Virus record (IMG/VR): IMGVR_UViG_3300030104_004723
Coordinates: 1 to 52,768 of that record
Length of the DNA: 52,768 bases
DNA from: a virus
Lineage: Duplodnaviria > Caudoviricetes
Reading direction: 5' to 3' (one strand)
Numbering within the stretch: position 1 is the first letter of the stretch; each line of letters opens with the position of its first letter. Made by a program: the position numbers and the translations under genes. Of this stretch, positions 10,566 to 20,656 are shown piece by piece. The notes under the pieces were generated by a model. That model did not search any database, had not been told where the DNA came from, and worked only from the letters and a program-made list of their open reading frames with translations.

Positions 10566-11069
10566 ATGGCAAACAAAGGTTTAGGAAGCATGACAGCTTC
10601 TATATTACCAGATGAAGTTAAATCTACTTTAACAGGAGCTTGCAATTATACTCCCGTTACAGATGAAAAATGGGTGTATAAACAAGCTAGTATAACAACA
10701 TCAGCTGATACTGCTATATTTGCAACTACTGATGAATTTTTTGGTAATGCTGCTGCTAGTGATTCTGTCGCTACAGCAGATTTAGTAAAATGGATTGCTG
10801 TAAAACATACAGGAACAACTAATGGAGCTACATCTACAAACGAAGGTATTTTATTAACTCAAGCAAATGGAACTGTAGCTCATGATGCAACGGGAGCTAA
10901 TAGTGGCATATTGATAGAACCAAATGATTTATTTGTAGCTAAATTTGATGGTACTACAGTAGCAGATTTACAAGCAAGAACTGTTGCTTTAACGGGTCAA
11001 TCTCCAACGGCTAATGGCTCAAGTACTGTATTAATATATATAGCTGCTATAATAAATGACGTAGCATAA
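10566..11069 (+). CDS. Virion structural protein
   Basis: Thr/Ala-rich beta protein in the structural operon. Confidence 0.55.
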   Translation: MANKGLGSMTASILPDEVKSTLTGACNYTPVTDEKWVYKQASITTSADTAIFATTDEFFGNAAASDSVATADLVKWIAVKHTGTTNGATSTNEGILLTQANGTVAHDATGANSGILIEPNDLFVAKFDGTTVADLQARTVALTGQSPTANGSSTVLIYIAAIINDVA

Positions 11070-11078
11070 GGAGATAAC

Positions 11079-11360
11079 ATGACTGTAAAAGAAGTAATGG
11101 AAAGAACTGGTGTTAATCAAACAGGTAGAGCTGTAGCTTATATAAAAGATGCATTGGAAGAAATACAAATGCTTACTGAAGTACATACTAGACTAGAAAG
11201 ATTTGATATAACTAAAGACCAAAGGTTTTACACTCTACCTAATGAAATGGTAAAAATGATTGACATAAGGGTGAAAAATCATTTAAATTCTAAAGATGAA
11301 TACAGAAGTATTCCTAGGATGATACATAAACCAGCAATAAAAGATGGAGATAATGTATAA
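11079..11360 (+). CDS. Adaptor-like protein, N-terminal-half type
   Basis: MTVKEVMER...YIKDALEEI...QRFYTLPNEMVKMIDIRV matches the N-terminal half of ring/adaptor proteins. Confidence 0.55.
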   Translation: MTVKEVMERTGVNQTGRAVAYIKDALEEIQMLTEVHTRLERFDITKDQRFYTLPNEMVKMIDIRVKNHLNSKDEYRSIPRMIHKPAIKDGDNV

Positions 11361-12064
11361 TGGCTACAAGCAAACAATATGCATATTACTTAGAAGGTAA
11401 TCAAGTAGCAATAGTTGAAAAAGATGTTAATTTTAATAACAACGTAGATAGTAAAGAATATGGTCCTGGTGTTGCTAGACAACAATGGAAATCTCCATTA
11501 ACTGCTATAACAGATGGTTTAGAAGTTAAATATGTATATTCACCTACTTATAAAATTCAAACTACAAATGACGTAGATACAAATATAACTCAATATATGT
11601 CTACAGATGGTAAGTTAACTATAGCGGATAATACATCAGCATATATTAATTATGCAACTACATACGCTTTAGCTGCTGATAAATATATAGTATTAGAAAG
11701 TGCTGGAAGATTTAATGGTTTGCATAAAATAGAATCAATTGGCAATAATACAGGAACAAATAATAAAATTGTATTAACCACTAAGTATACTGGAAGCGAA
11801 AGTGCATGGACTGATTTTGAAGAAACTCCTAGTTTGTATTATGCTGTAGATGTTTTAGAAGATGAATCTTTTGAATTAGATTTACCTAACTATTTACAGA
11901 AAGCTTTAGTTTATTATGTAAAAGCTAAATTTGCTGAAGATAGCATGGATATAAAAAGTAAAGAATACTTTATGAGAGAATTTAAAAAGATGTTGGAGAA
12001 ATACGAAACTACAAGAATTAGTGGATTAAGAATGATGAGTTCTGGTCCACATGCAATACGATAA
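11360..12064 (+). CDS. Adaptor-like protein, C-terminal-half type with a beta insertion
   Basis: Ends in DLPNYLQKALVYYVKAKFAED...YFMREFKKML, the typical adaptor C-terminal helices. Confidence 0.55.
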   Translation: MATSKQYAYYLEGNQVAIVEKDVNFNNNVDSKEYGPGVARQQWKSPLTAITDGLEVKYVYSPTYKIQTTNDVDTNITQYMSTDGKLTIADNTSAYINYATTYALAADKYIVLESAGRFNGLHKIESIGNNTGTNNKIVLTTKYTGSESAWTDFEETPSLYYAVDVLEDESFELDLPNYLQKALVYYVKAKFAEDSMDIKSKEYFMREFKKMLEKYETTRISGLRMMSSGPHAIR

Positions 12065-12077
12065 CAATAAATAACAA

Positions 12078-12113
12078 GCCCATTCACGCACAGCCAGTGC
12101 TTAGGGCAGGAGG
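12078..12113 (+). promoter_or_regulatory. Structured leader abutting the Shine-Dalgarno site
   Basis: GCCC-attcac-GCAC-agcca-GTGC-tta-GGGC immediately followed by AGGAGG, ATG at 12119. Confidence 0.45.
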
Positions 12114-12118
12114 TAAAC

Positions 12119-12460
12119 ATGGCAGGATTACAAAAATTAACAGTACAAGAAGCACAAAATGCTGCATTAGGACAGGCAGGATGTGTATTTGTCGACACCA
12201 ATACAGCTGTAGTAGCACCTACAGGTAAAGCTTTTGTTGCAATAACATTTTTAACAGATGTTACACTAGATGCTAGCGGAGGCTTAATAGCTGAAGATTC
12301 TACTAGATGGGCTAATACTGAAGCAGCTGCATCAGCAGGAGGTTCTGGAGGAATACAAATAGATGCTAGCAATAGCTTTCCTAAGGGAGTTACTATTTAT
12401 GGTAGATGGACTGAAATAGATTTAGATAGTGCTGGAACACTTATAGCGTATATAGGTTAA
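12119..12460 (+). CDS. Small virion structural protein
   Basis: FPKGVTIYGRWTEIDLDSAGTLIAYIG beta-rich C-terminus; SD AGGAGG. Confidence 0.55.
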   Translation: MAGLQKLTVQEAQNAALGQAGCVFVDTNTAVVAPTGKAFVAITFLTDVTLDASGGLIAEDSTRWANTEAAASAGGSGGIQIDASNSFPKGVTIYGRWTEIDLDSAGTLIAYIG

Positions 12461-12464
12461 TATT

Positions 12465-12908
12465 ATGCCAATAATGGGATTAACAAACAATAATTCAAAA
12501 ACTTATGCTAGAGTAACTACAATATGCATTGACAATGATTTCGATGATGATTTACATACATTTACAGGAACAAATACTTCAGCATGTGGTATAGTTGGAG
12601 GAGAGTTACATATAACTGCTTCATCAAGTAATGGATACGGAAGTAGAAGTTTTATCACACATCCAGGAACTAAATATAATTATTCTATAGATTTTGTAAG
12701 CCCGTCTTTTGCAAGTGTTATAAAAATTGGAACATCAGCTGGAGATGGAACTCACGTTTCAAGAGCTGTTAACAATTCTGACCCAGGATATGGCACGATA
12801 ACAGGTTCATTTACTGCAACTACAAAAGCTACTTATATTAGCTTATCTGTAAACGCATCTACAAGAACTGGTCGTTGGGATAATTTAATTATATCGGAAA
12901 ACAACTAA
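12465..12908 (+). CDS. Putative carbohydrate-binding jelly-roll virion protein
   Basis: PGTKYNYSIDF, GSFTATTKATYISL and WDNLIISE resemble CBM-like beta-sandwiches. Confidence 0.5.
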   Translation: MPIMGLTNNNSKTYARVTTICIDNDFDDDLHTFTGTNTSACGIVGGELHITASSSNGYGSRSFITHPGTKYNYSIDFVSPSFASVIKIGTSAGDGTHVSRAVNNSDPGYGTITGSFTATTKATYISLSVNASTRTGRWDNLIISENN

Positions 12909-12927
12909 TAAAACAGGAGAAACAAAA

Positions 12928-13323
12928 ATGCCTAAGTTTGGTAAAAGAAGTAAACTAAATCTTCTTTCATGCGATTATAGACTTCAAGAAATATTTAATG
13001 AAGTTATAAAGAAAGTTGATTGTAGTGTCTTGGAAGGACACAGAAGTGAAGAAAGACAAAATAAATTATTCAAAGAGGGAAAGACTAAAGTTACTTACCC
13101 AAAAGGTAGGCATAATGCTAAGCCTTCTCGCGCTGTTGATGTTGTGCCTTACCCTGTGGACTGGGAAGATAGAGAACGTTTCCATTTATTTGCTGGGTAT
13201 GTCCTTGGGGTGGCTAGTGGGATGGGTTATACTCTTCGCTGGGGAGGAGACTGGAATATGAACTTTGAGGTAGATGATAACAAGTTCGATGATTTCCCAC
13301 ACTTTGAGATTACAGATGCTTAG
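12928..13323 (+). CDS. Endolysin, M15-family L-Ala-D-Glu peptidase (T5-like)
   Basis: EGHRSEERQ, RHN..PSRAVDVVP, LRWGGDW and DFPHFE zinc-peptidase motifs. Confidence 0.92.
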   Translation: MPKFGKRSKLNLLSCDYRLQEIFNEVIKKVDCSVLEGHRSEERQNKLFKEGKTKVTYPKGRHNAKPSRAVDVVPYPVDWEDRERFHLFAGYVLGVASGMGYTLRWGGDWNMNFEVDDNKFDDFPHFEITDA

Positions 13324-14083
13324 AAAAAGAGCAATAGTAACTCCAGATAAACACTTTCCATATGCAGATATCCCAGCTATCAATGCAGTATGCAAAGCAA
13401 TAGAATTAGTAAAACCTGATATTTATGTTGACTTAGGAGATACAGGAGAATGGCATGAATTTTCTAGGCATAAATGGAGAGGTAAAGCTAAACCTGCATT
13501 AGAGTATTTAATTAGTGGCTATGATAGAGACGTTAAAAACGTTAATGCAGGAATGGATATTATTGATGAAGCATTAGATAAAGCTAATTGCAAAGAAAAG
13601 TATTTTTGCGAAGGTAATCATGAAAATTGGTTAGAGCTTACAGTAGATGAACATCCATACTTACCTCAATATCGCGTTAAAACAGCTCTAAAACTTGATG
13701 AAAGAGGTTATGAGTACTATCCTATGGGTGAGTATTTAAAGATTGGTAAAATGAATTTTTATCACGGACATCATTATGGAGGTCAATATCATACAGCTAA
13801 CCATCTTAGAAAATTAGGTGGTAATATAATGTATGGACATTGGCATGATTTACAACATATGACTGCTACACATATTGATGGTCCAAAAGGTGCATGGTCA
13901 ATAGGCTGTTTAAAAGATATGTCTGACGAAGCTAACGAATGGCTTGGTCATAGAAAAATAAATTGGGCTCATGCTTTTGCTATAATTGAATTCTACGATG
14001 AAGGTAATTTTACAGTAGATGTAGTGCAAATAATAAATGGTAAAGCAACAGTATGGGGTCAGCTAATAGATGGAAATAAATAG
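13316..14083 (+). CDS. Calcineurin-like metallophosphoesterase
   Basis: PDKHFP, DLGD, EGNHE, FYHGH and YGHWH motifs; likely start ATG 13316 overlapping the endolysin end. Confidence 0.9.
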   Translation: MLRKRAIVTPDKHFPYADIPAINAVCKAIELVKPDIYVDLGDTGEWHEFSRHKWRGKAKPALEYLISGYDRDVKNVNAGMDIIDEALDKANCKEKYFCEGNHENWLELTVDEHPYLPQYRVKTALKLDERGYEYYPMGEYLKIGKMNFYHGHHYGGQYHTANHLRKLGGNIMYGHWHDLQHMTATHIDGPKGAWSIGCLKDMSDEANEWLGHRKINWAHAFAIIEFYDEGNFTVDVVQIINGKATVWGQLIDGNK

Positions 14084-14091
14084 GAGAGATA

Positions 14092-14370
14092 ATGTTACAA
14101 GCAATTTTAATGAAAAAAGTTATTGGCATTGTTATGGAAAAAATAGCCGAAAAACATAAGATTAAAAAATTACAAGATTATGTTGAAAAAGATAACGAAC
14201 TTGATATTCAAGTAAAACAACAACAAAAAACAATTAGTAAACAAGGTAAATATATTGAGGAATTAGAAAAAAAAGTTGCTATCTTAGAAAAGAATGCACA
14301 TCCCCCAATATTTACAACTAAAGATTACAAGAGTATTCTTAAGAGAATAAAGAAACTAGAAAACAAATAA
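14092..14370 (+). CDS. Small coiled-coil protein
   Basis: SD AGGAG; heptad pattern; lies in the lysis cluster. Confidence 0.55.
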   Translation: MLQAILMKKVIGIVMEKIAEKHKIKKLQDYVEKDNELDIQVKQQQKTISKQGKYIEELEKKVAILEKNAHPPIFTTKDYKSILKRIKKLENK

Positions 14371-14379
14371 GGAGATAGT

Positions 14380-14526
14380 ATGTTATCATTTATTACATCA
14401 AATTGGGAATGGTTTTTGCTTGGATTATACGTTTTAGAAAAAGGTATAAAATTAAGCCCTTCTAAAAAAGATGATTTGGTTTGGGATATGGTATTAAAAC
14501 CAATAGTTGATAAAATAAAAAAGTAA
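14380..14526 (+). CDS. Holin-like small membrane protein (48 aa, not in the ORF track)
   Basis: MLSFITSNWEWFLLGLYVLEKGIKLSPSKKDDLVWDMVLKPIVDKIKK; SD AAGGAG; hydrophobic helix, PSKKDD turn, basic tail; near the endolysin. Confidence 0.6.
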   Translation: MLSFITSNWEWFLLGLYVLEKGIKLSPSKKDDLVWDMVLKPIVDKIKK

Positions 14527-14532
14527 GTTACG

Positions 14533-17500
14533 ATGGCTGATAATAGAGAAATATGGAAAATAGATAAATTTGATGGAGGCTTAAATGACGCTACTGATGC
14601 AAAAGATTTAAAATCAAATGAATTTGCAGAATTAGTAGATGTAAATATAGAAGAAAAAGGCTCTATATCTAGTATGGGACATAGCGAAGATTCTTCTATA
14701 GCTAGTCAAACTGTTGTACCAATAGGGATACATGCTGGAAAAGGTTTGCATTCATTTTTTAGTGACAAATCTATGTTTGTAGATACTTCAATAAATTCTT
14801 GGCTTCCTGTTGTTACTTTAGCAAATGCTAGTCAAGGTAGTTATGCAAGCATGACCTTTTCTTTATCTTCTCTATTATGGCTCTTTCCACCTACTGATGG
14901 CGATAATACTTCTACAATTGGAAATGACGCAGATAGGCCTTATAAAGGTGACTTAAAAATGCAACTAGGATTGTGGGTAGACAATCAATTTACACCTGTA
15001 GGAGGAAATGGTGAATTTGAATTTATGGCTATACATGGAGATGGAGGAGACAATAGTAATGTTTTAACTGTTTTATCTGACAGTACTACTTGGGAAGGGG
15101 TTAAAGGCGATGTGTCTACTAATTTATTTGATACCCCTACTTATTATAAGTATACAGATATTAATGAATATGGAATACCATCATCTGCAGCAGGCCTTAT
15201 GTATTATCCTGGAATTTATACGCAATTATGGCCTTCTATTGAATTATGGAAAAACAATGAAAATAGAATAGCTGGAAGATATTGGAATCAAAAAAGCGGA
15301 AGTATAGATTCTTCTATAGCAGACATATATGATTTTGGAAATAATTATTTAATTAACAATGCTCCTAATTCTCCGTTTGCTCGTCATCTTATTAATTCAG
15401 AAGGTCCTGATATAGGTTCTTTATATGCAGATTTTTTCTGGGATGATATTTATAATTGGAATGATGGAACTCAAGTTCAAGAAAATGATATTGATAAATG
15501 GAGAGCAACAACTTACTGGGATAACAGGAATATATTTAGCACTCCTGTCCCTGGGAGAAAAGCTAATTATGGAGTAGGATATTGTCTATCTAAAGGAGTT
15601 TTTGATAACAATATTCCTAATGCAAATAACATTAAAAAACATCTTCCATATGCATACGGGAATTCAGACATTCCTATTGAAGAATACGACTATACCCAAA
15701 CTGGTACAATTGCAGGATATTTTAAAGGAAATAGAATTTTAGGAAAAGAATACGTTTGCTTTCCTCATCCTGATACTGGAAATTTATTATCAATGTCTCA
15801 ACCCCAAGCTATGCATTATTATGGATGGGCAGGATGGAATTCTATAGCTCATCATTTAATAAATGCTATTAACAATTATAGCGGCACAAATTCTTCTAAT
15901 AATTTTAATGCTAAGTTTACTCACTATCAATATTTAAAAAATCCTACATCTGATATAACTAGTGATGATAATAGAAATTTATTAGGAAAAGTTAATTCAG
16001 TTAAAAGTTATACTAATAGAATAGATGACACAATTACAATTACTTCAAATGTTAGAGGAAGCCATTTAAATGGAGTAAAATTAGCTGTTAATTTAACTTC
16101 TGCTAATGTTACTGATGTTGGAGGTACAGCTCTTACGCAAGTCCCTCAAAGAACTTTACATGCTTTATATCAATCAGACCCATTGAGAGGAACAATTACT
16201 TCAAATATAACGTCTACTGCTGAAACTTTTACTACAAATAAAGAAACAGCAAAATATTTAAAACTTAACGATGTTATAAAAGTAGAAAATGCTTCTGATG
16301 CAACTGAATATGAATTTATGTTTATAAAAGGAATAGTAGGAAGTTCAGGGCCATTATTTACTGTAAACGTTGATAGAGCTTTCAGAGGACCTTTTCAAGG
16401 AACTATAGACACAGATACATTAGGTATAGCTAGGTCTTTTTCATCTGGAGCTAAAATATCTAAATTTGAAATACACCCTATGGGATATGAATCAGCTTCT
16501 AATGCTCAATGGGGACTAACTTCTGGCCTTGACAATGAAGAAGGTCATGCAAGAGATTGGGGAGCTGGAACATATATAGTAGGGGAAAAAGAATTGCATG
16601 GAGGAAGTGAAGTAGATGTAGCTCATAAAGTTAGAATATATTTTGGAGGAAATCAAAATGAAGGAGACATTGCTACTTTTGAAATTGTTAACAGCATTAA
16701 TTTAGATGGGGAAAATAGATGGAGTCAAGTTTTAGATTCTGGTCCTGAAATAAATGCTGCAAATTTTGCTGCTCATATAGACGCCAACACACAAATATTA
16801 GGAGTTCATCAAGAAGGATATGGACAAGATTTAACATCTGAAGATAATTATTATGGTATGTGGTATGTAGATGTTGAATCTAATGTATTAGGAGTAAGTA
16901 ATGTTTTTGATTTAAGAACTTTTATATTTCCTAATGCAATATGGAACGATAAAATATTAACCAATACTGATGAAGAATATACTGTAATAATGCATAAAAT
17001 GAAAGAATGGGGACATGACTTTGGTTTAGCCCTTGATGACGTTGGCCAGACCAAATTAGTAGGAATGTCTATTTTTTCTAAAGCACAAAATTCATGGATA
17101 ACTCCTACTACTCCTGTGTCTGGTGACAATGAAGCAACTTGGGCACATCAATTAGGATGGTATGAAAAATTTGAAGTAGGAGATGGTGATGACCCTTTTA
17201 ACATAGGAACATATCCAGAACCATCAAAACCTTATTTTTGGAGTGATTCTAGTGAATTGAGAATAATAGAAACTAATTTTAATTTAGACAATCTTAATAA
17301 AGTACTTAAATTTATTGACGTAAGACATTGGTTTTCAAATATATTAAAAGATTTAGGTGATGCTTATACTGACAATAATACCGTATATGATATTATGGAT
17401 GAAATTGGAGAAGCAGGAAATTTACAATTTTGGGGATTTAGTCTTTCTGATGTAGATAGAAGTTGGAAATATTCAGCTTTAGATACATCAAGTGAAAAAT

Positions 17501-18900
17501 TTCCAGGATTAAAATTTGACGGAATTGGAAATACTACTTTTGGAGCTTCAGGATTTGCATATGAAATCTCTGAAAACAATGACAGTCTTCCTGGAGCTAT
17601 GGCTGACTTTGAACAAGTAAGTAGTGGTGGAGTTGACTGGACAGGAACTTGCAAGTTTTATGCATCTGCTATATTTAGTGATGGTTCTGAAACCTTACCA
17701 ATACATAATTTTCATACAGATAATACTAGCAGAATTCCAATGAGTATTAATTTTACTCCTTCTAGTGATGAAGACCCTATGGATGATTCTTTAAAGTTTA
17801 GATTTGCAGTAAGGCCTTTTGCGAACGGTGAATATGTTTTAGATAATTTAAATGTAATAGGTTATCATTTTTATTACACTAATTCTGAAGAAAATTTTGA
17901 TACATTTTGGAGTTTAGGTAAAGTTACTTGGGGAGAAGGTTTTACTCCATCAAATCAAATATCTTCTACAGATACAGTAGAACAATCTTCTAGTATTCCG
18001 TTTTCAAGATATATAAATGATGCAACTGGTATTAATAATAATACTTTTGTTTTAGATAATGGAGGAAGTCAGTATTATATATTTTCATCAATGCCTAAAT
18101 TACATACATTTGAAACATTGCATGGATATTCACCATATAATGTTACTTTAAATGCAAGATATAAAGCACATTGTATAGCAGGAAGAAGAAGTTTTATAGG
18201 CAATGTTGGTATTAAAGATAAATTAGGAAGTGATATGAATTATTATAATGACAAAATGATAATAAGCCCTGTTAATCAACTTGACACTTTCCCTTATCCG
18301 TATAATGAAATAACAGTTGATTCTAGTGATGGAGATGAAATAGTTGAATTAGAATCTGTTGGAGATAGAGTTTTGCAATTTAAAAAGAACATTTTATATA
18401 TATTGAATATAGCAGCAGCGGTACCTTCAGAATATTATTTAGAAGATAAATTTAAGTTTAGAGGAGCTCAAAGTAAAGAGCATATTGTTAAAACTGCTGA
18501 TGGAATATTTTGGGTTAATATTCACGGAGCTTTTTATTATGACGGAGAAACAATAACAGATTTAACATTAAGTGGAGATGAAGAAGATAATAAACTTAGA
18601 ATAGATAAAGGGGCATGGAAAGATTTTGTAAATTCAGATACTTTAGTAGGATATGAACCTTTTACTGGAGAATGCTTTGTAATTAAAAAACATACTCAAA
18701 CAGTAGAAGCTGATGGAGATTGTTACGTATATAATTCTAAGTTAGACAATTGGAGTTATGGTAAGGGTAGATTTTATACAGGAGGAACAACAGATAGCCC
18801 TAGACATATGTCAAATATAATTAATATGGGAAATAATAATCAAATGGTATATGTAGTAGATTTTGAAGCAGGTGATGTTGAATCAAGGATTCCTGTATAA
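14533..18900 (+). CDS. Tail nozzle/stabilisation protein (tail tubular B-like) with large insertions
   Basis: N-terminal FDGGLN...DL..NE..ELVDV motif and C-terminal beta-propeller-like blades (GIFWVNIHGAFYYDG). Confidence 0.7.
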   Translation: MADNREIWKIDKFDGGLNDATDAKDLKSNEFAELVDVNIEEKGSISSMGHSEDSSIASQTVVPIGIHAGKGLHSFFSDKSMFVDTSINSWLPVVTLANASQGSYASMTFSLSSLLWLFPPTDGDNTSTIGNDADRPYKGDLKMQLGLWVDNQFTPVGGNGEFEFMAIHGDGGDNSNVLTVLSDSTTWEGVKGDVSTNLFDTPTYYKYTDINEYGIPSSAAGLMYYPGIYTQLWPSIELWKNNENRIAGRYWNQKSGSIDSSIADIYDFGNNYLINNAPNSPFARHLINSEGPDIGSLYADFFWDDIYNWNDGTQVQENDIDKWRATTYWDNRNIFSTPVPGRKANYGVGYCLSKGVFDNNIPNANNIKKHLPYAYGNSDIPIEEYDYTQTGTIAGYFKGNRILGKEYVCFPHPDTGNLLSMSQPQAMHYYGWAGWNSIAHHLINAINNYSGTNSSNNFNAKFTHYQYLKNPTSDITSDDNRNLLGKVNSVKSYTNRIDDTITITSNVRGSHLNGVKLAVNLTSANVTDVGGTALTQVPQRTLHALYQSDPLRGTITSNITSTAETFTTNKETAKYLKLNDVIKVENASDATEYEFMFIKGIVGSSGPLFTVNVDRAFRGPFQGTIDTDTLGIARSFSSGAKISKFEIHPMGYESASNAQWGLTSGLDNEEGHARDWGAGTYIVGEKELHGGSEVDVAHKVRIYFGGNQNEGDIATFEIVNSINLDGENRWSQVLDSGPEINAANFAAHIDANTQILGVHQEGYGQDLTSEDNYYGMWYVDVESNVLGVSNVFDLRTFIFPNAIWNDKILTNTDEEYTVIMHKMKEWGHDFGLALDDVGQTKLVGMSIFSKAQNSWITPTTPVSGDNEATWAHQLGWYEKFEVGDGDDPFNIGTYPEPSKPYFWSDSSELRIIETNFNLDNLNKVLKFIDVRHWFSNILKDLGDAYTDNNTVYDIMDEIGEAGNLQFWGFSLSDVDRSWKYSALDTSSEKFPGLKFDGIGNTTFGASGFAYEISENNDSLPGAMADFEQVSSGGVDWTGTCKFYASAIFSDGSETLPIHNFHTDNTSRIPMSINFTPSSDEDPMDDSLKFRFAVRPFANGEYVLDNLNVIGYHFYYTNSEENFDTFWSLGKVTWGEGFTPSNQISSTDTVEQSSSIPFSRYINDATGINNNTFVLDNGGSQYYIFSSMPKLHTFETLHGYSPYNVTLNARYKAHCIAGRRSFIGNVGIKDKLGSDMNYYNDKMIISPVNQLDTFPYPYNEITVDSSDGDEIVELESVGDRVLQFKKNILYILNIAAAVPSEYYLEDKFKFRGAQSKEHIVKTADGIFWVNIHGAFYYDGETITDLTLSGDEEDNKLRIDKGAWKDFVNSDTLVGYEPFTGECFVIKKHTQTVEADGDCYVYNSKLDNWSYGKGRFYTGGTTDSPRHMSNIINMGNNNQMVYVVDFEAGDVESRIPV

Positions 18901-19316
18901 TGAAAGTAATTAGTTTTAAAAAATGGAATTCAAATCCTCAAAATAGTTATAATTTTAAATTAGTAACTAAGTTAACTGACCTTGGTTCTCCTGACGGATG
19001 GAAAACTATTTTAGGTTTTTATCTTAATATAAATAAAAACAGCCATTATACAGCTGAAAGCCCCGCTAATTTATTTTTAACTTTTTCTTACAGGACATCT
19101 ACTGGAGAAGAATGGAAAGATATAACTTCTGTTACTCAAGTAAATCCTAGAGGAACAACTTTAATAGAAGAATTATTTCAAATCCCTATAAAAAAAATAA
19201 AACATATACAATTAAAAATTGAAGGAGGGCATGTTAAAGGTAATATAACTATAAATGATTTAGGTTTGTTTTATAGAAAATACAGAGGAAGTGGAGCTTC
19301 GACATTAGATGAATAA
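18900..19316 (+). CDS. Tail protein (resembles the C-terminal domain of tail tubular B)
   Basis: TKLTDLGSPDGWK...IQLKIEG...INDLGLFYR pattern; TAATG coupling. Confidence 0.55.
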   Translation: MKVISFKKWNSNPQNSYNFKLVTKLTDLGSPDGWKTILGFYLNINKNSHYTAESPANLFLTFSYRTSTGEEWKDITSVTQVNPRGTTLIEELFQIPIKKIKHIQLKIEGGHVKGNITINDLGLFYRKYRGSGASTLDE

Positions 19317-20574
19317 AAAAATTGCATCAAAAATAAATACAAAACAAAAGAAAATATCTACAGGAAATACCGCTCCTACTAGATTTGAAGGTTTTGACGG
19401 AGAACTTACTATAAGACATATATTAGGTCAAGGTATTTTTCTTTTTTATAAATGGGGAGGGAAGTGGTATTCTGCTAGATTTTCACAATACACAAGAAGC
19501 ACTCATGAAAGAAATGAACCTGTATACTTACCTAAAGGAAAAAAGCCAAAATCCATAGGAGAAATTACTATGGATAATGATAATAAAATTAAAATTAAAA
19601 AATCATCTGCAGTTACTCAGGTTGTTTCTATGGACAAGGATAAGAAACTTGATGTAAGTGAAATACAAACATCAAGAACATCTACAACAAGCATGACGAC
19701 AGATAATGCAGGTAATCCTGACTTACTTCTTGTAAATACATCAGGACATGTTAATTTGCATTTACAAACAAGAAATTCAGACTATGACCCTTTTATAATA
19801 TATTCTCATTTAAATGCTGGGGAAACAACTACATTAAGGCAATGGGTTATAGGCATGGATAATAACGATGGAGATGTATTTAATTATTGCTATAAAAATT
19901 CAGGAACTACTCCTTTAACTCCTTCTACAACAACTTCATCTGAAGTAAAAATGGCTTTAACTACTGGAGGAGCTTTAACTACAACAGGAACAATTACAGG
20001 TCTTAAATTAGCAGCAACTAATACAGCAGCTGCAACTAGCGATACAGATAAGTTTCTTGTTGTAGGAGAATCAGGAGCTACTAGCGAGGTAAGATATAGA
20101 ACAGGAGCTCAAGTTAGAAGTGATATAGGAGCAGGCACAGCAGACTATTACTACGAAACAAAAGTAGTCAATTGGGTTAATAGTGGTACATCCCAAATAT
20201 ATTTACCGATAGCAGGATATATTTTTGAACAAACAGGGACAGGTAGTAGAAACGAATATGTTGGTATGGTTGCACCTTATAATGGGACAGTAGAAAAATT
20301 TATGTTTAGATGTGAAGAAGCGCAAGATGGTACATTAGAATTTGATATTTTAGAAGCTAGTGATGGAACAGAAAATCCTGGCACTACAATAGGTGTTAAA
20401 GATACAGTAATAGATATAGCAGATGATACTAGTGTAGAGGTTACTTTTAGTAGTATGACAAGTGGAACAAATGCATTAGTTAAAGGAAGAATATATGCAT
20501 TTAGAGTAGATACACCATCTGCTCCTAATGATGCAAATGGAACATTAGTTTTTAAATGGGATATAACAAGTTAA
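19309..20574 (+). CDS. Tail fibre/spike protein
   Basis: Thr-rich beta segments, RTGAQVRSDIGA fibre motif, C-terminal beta-sandwich. Confidence 0.65.
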   Translation: MNKKIASKINTKQKKISTGNTAPTRFEGFDGELTIRHILGQGIFLFYKWGGKWYSARFSQYTRSTHERNEPVYLPKGKKPKSIGEITMDNDNKIKIKKSSAVTQVVSMDKDKKLDVSEIQTSRTSTTSMTTDNAGNPDLLLVNTSGHVNLHLQTRNSDYDPFIIYSHLNAGETTTLRQWVIGMDNNDGDVFNYCYKNSGTTPLTPSTTTSSEVKMALTTGGALTTTGTITGLKLAATNTAAATSDTDKFLVVGESGATSEVRYRTGAQVRSDIGAGTADYYYETKVVNWVNSGTSQIYLPIAGYIFEQTGTGSRNEYVGMVAPYNGTVEKFMFRCEEAQDGTLEFDILEASDGTENPGTTIGVKDTVIDIADDTSVEVTFSSMTSGTNALVKGRIYAFRVDTPSAPNDANGTLVFKWDITS

Positions 20575-20592
20575 AAATAATGAAATTAATAA

Positions 20593-20621
20593 TTGGATTA
20601 ATAGTCAGTAACGATTATATT
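20593..20621 (+). promoter_or_regulatory. sigma70-like promoter TTGGAT-17-TATATT
   Basis: Intergenic, upstream of the ejection-protein block; matches 4914-4942. Confidence 0.55.
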
Positions 20622-20656
20622 TAAATGGCGTGTAATATAAAAATAAAGGATTTATA

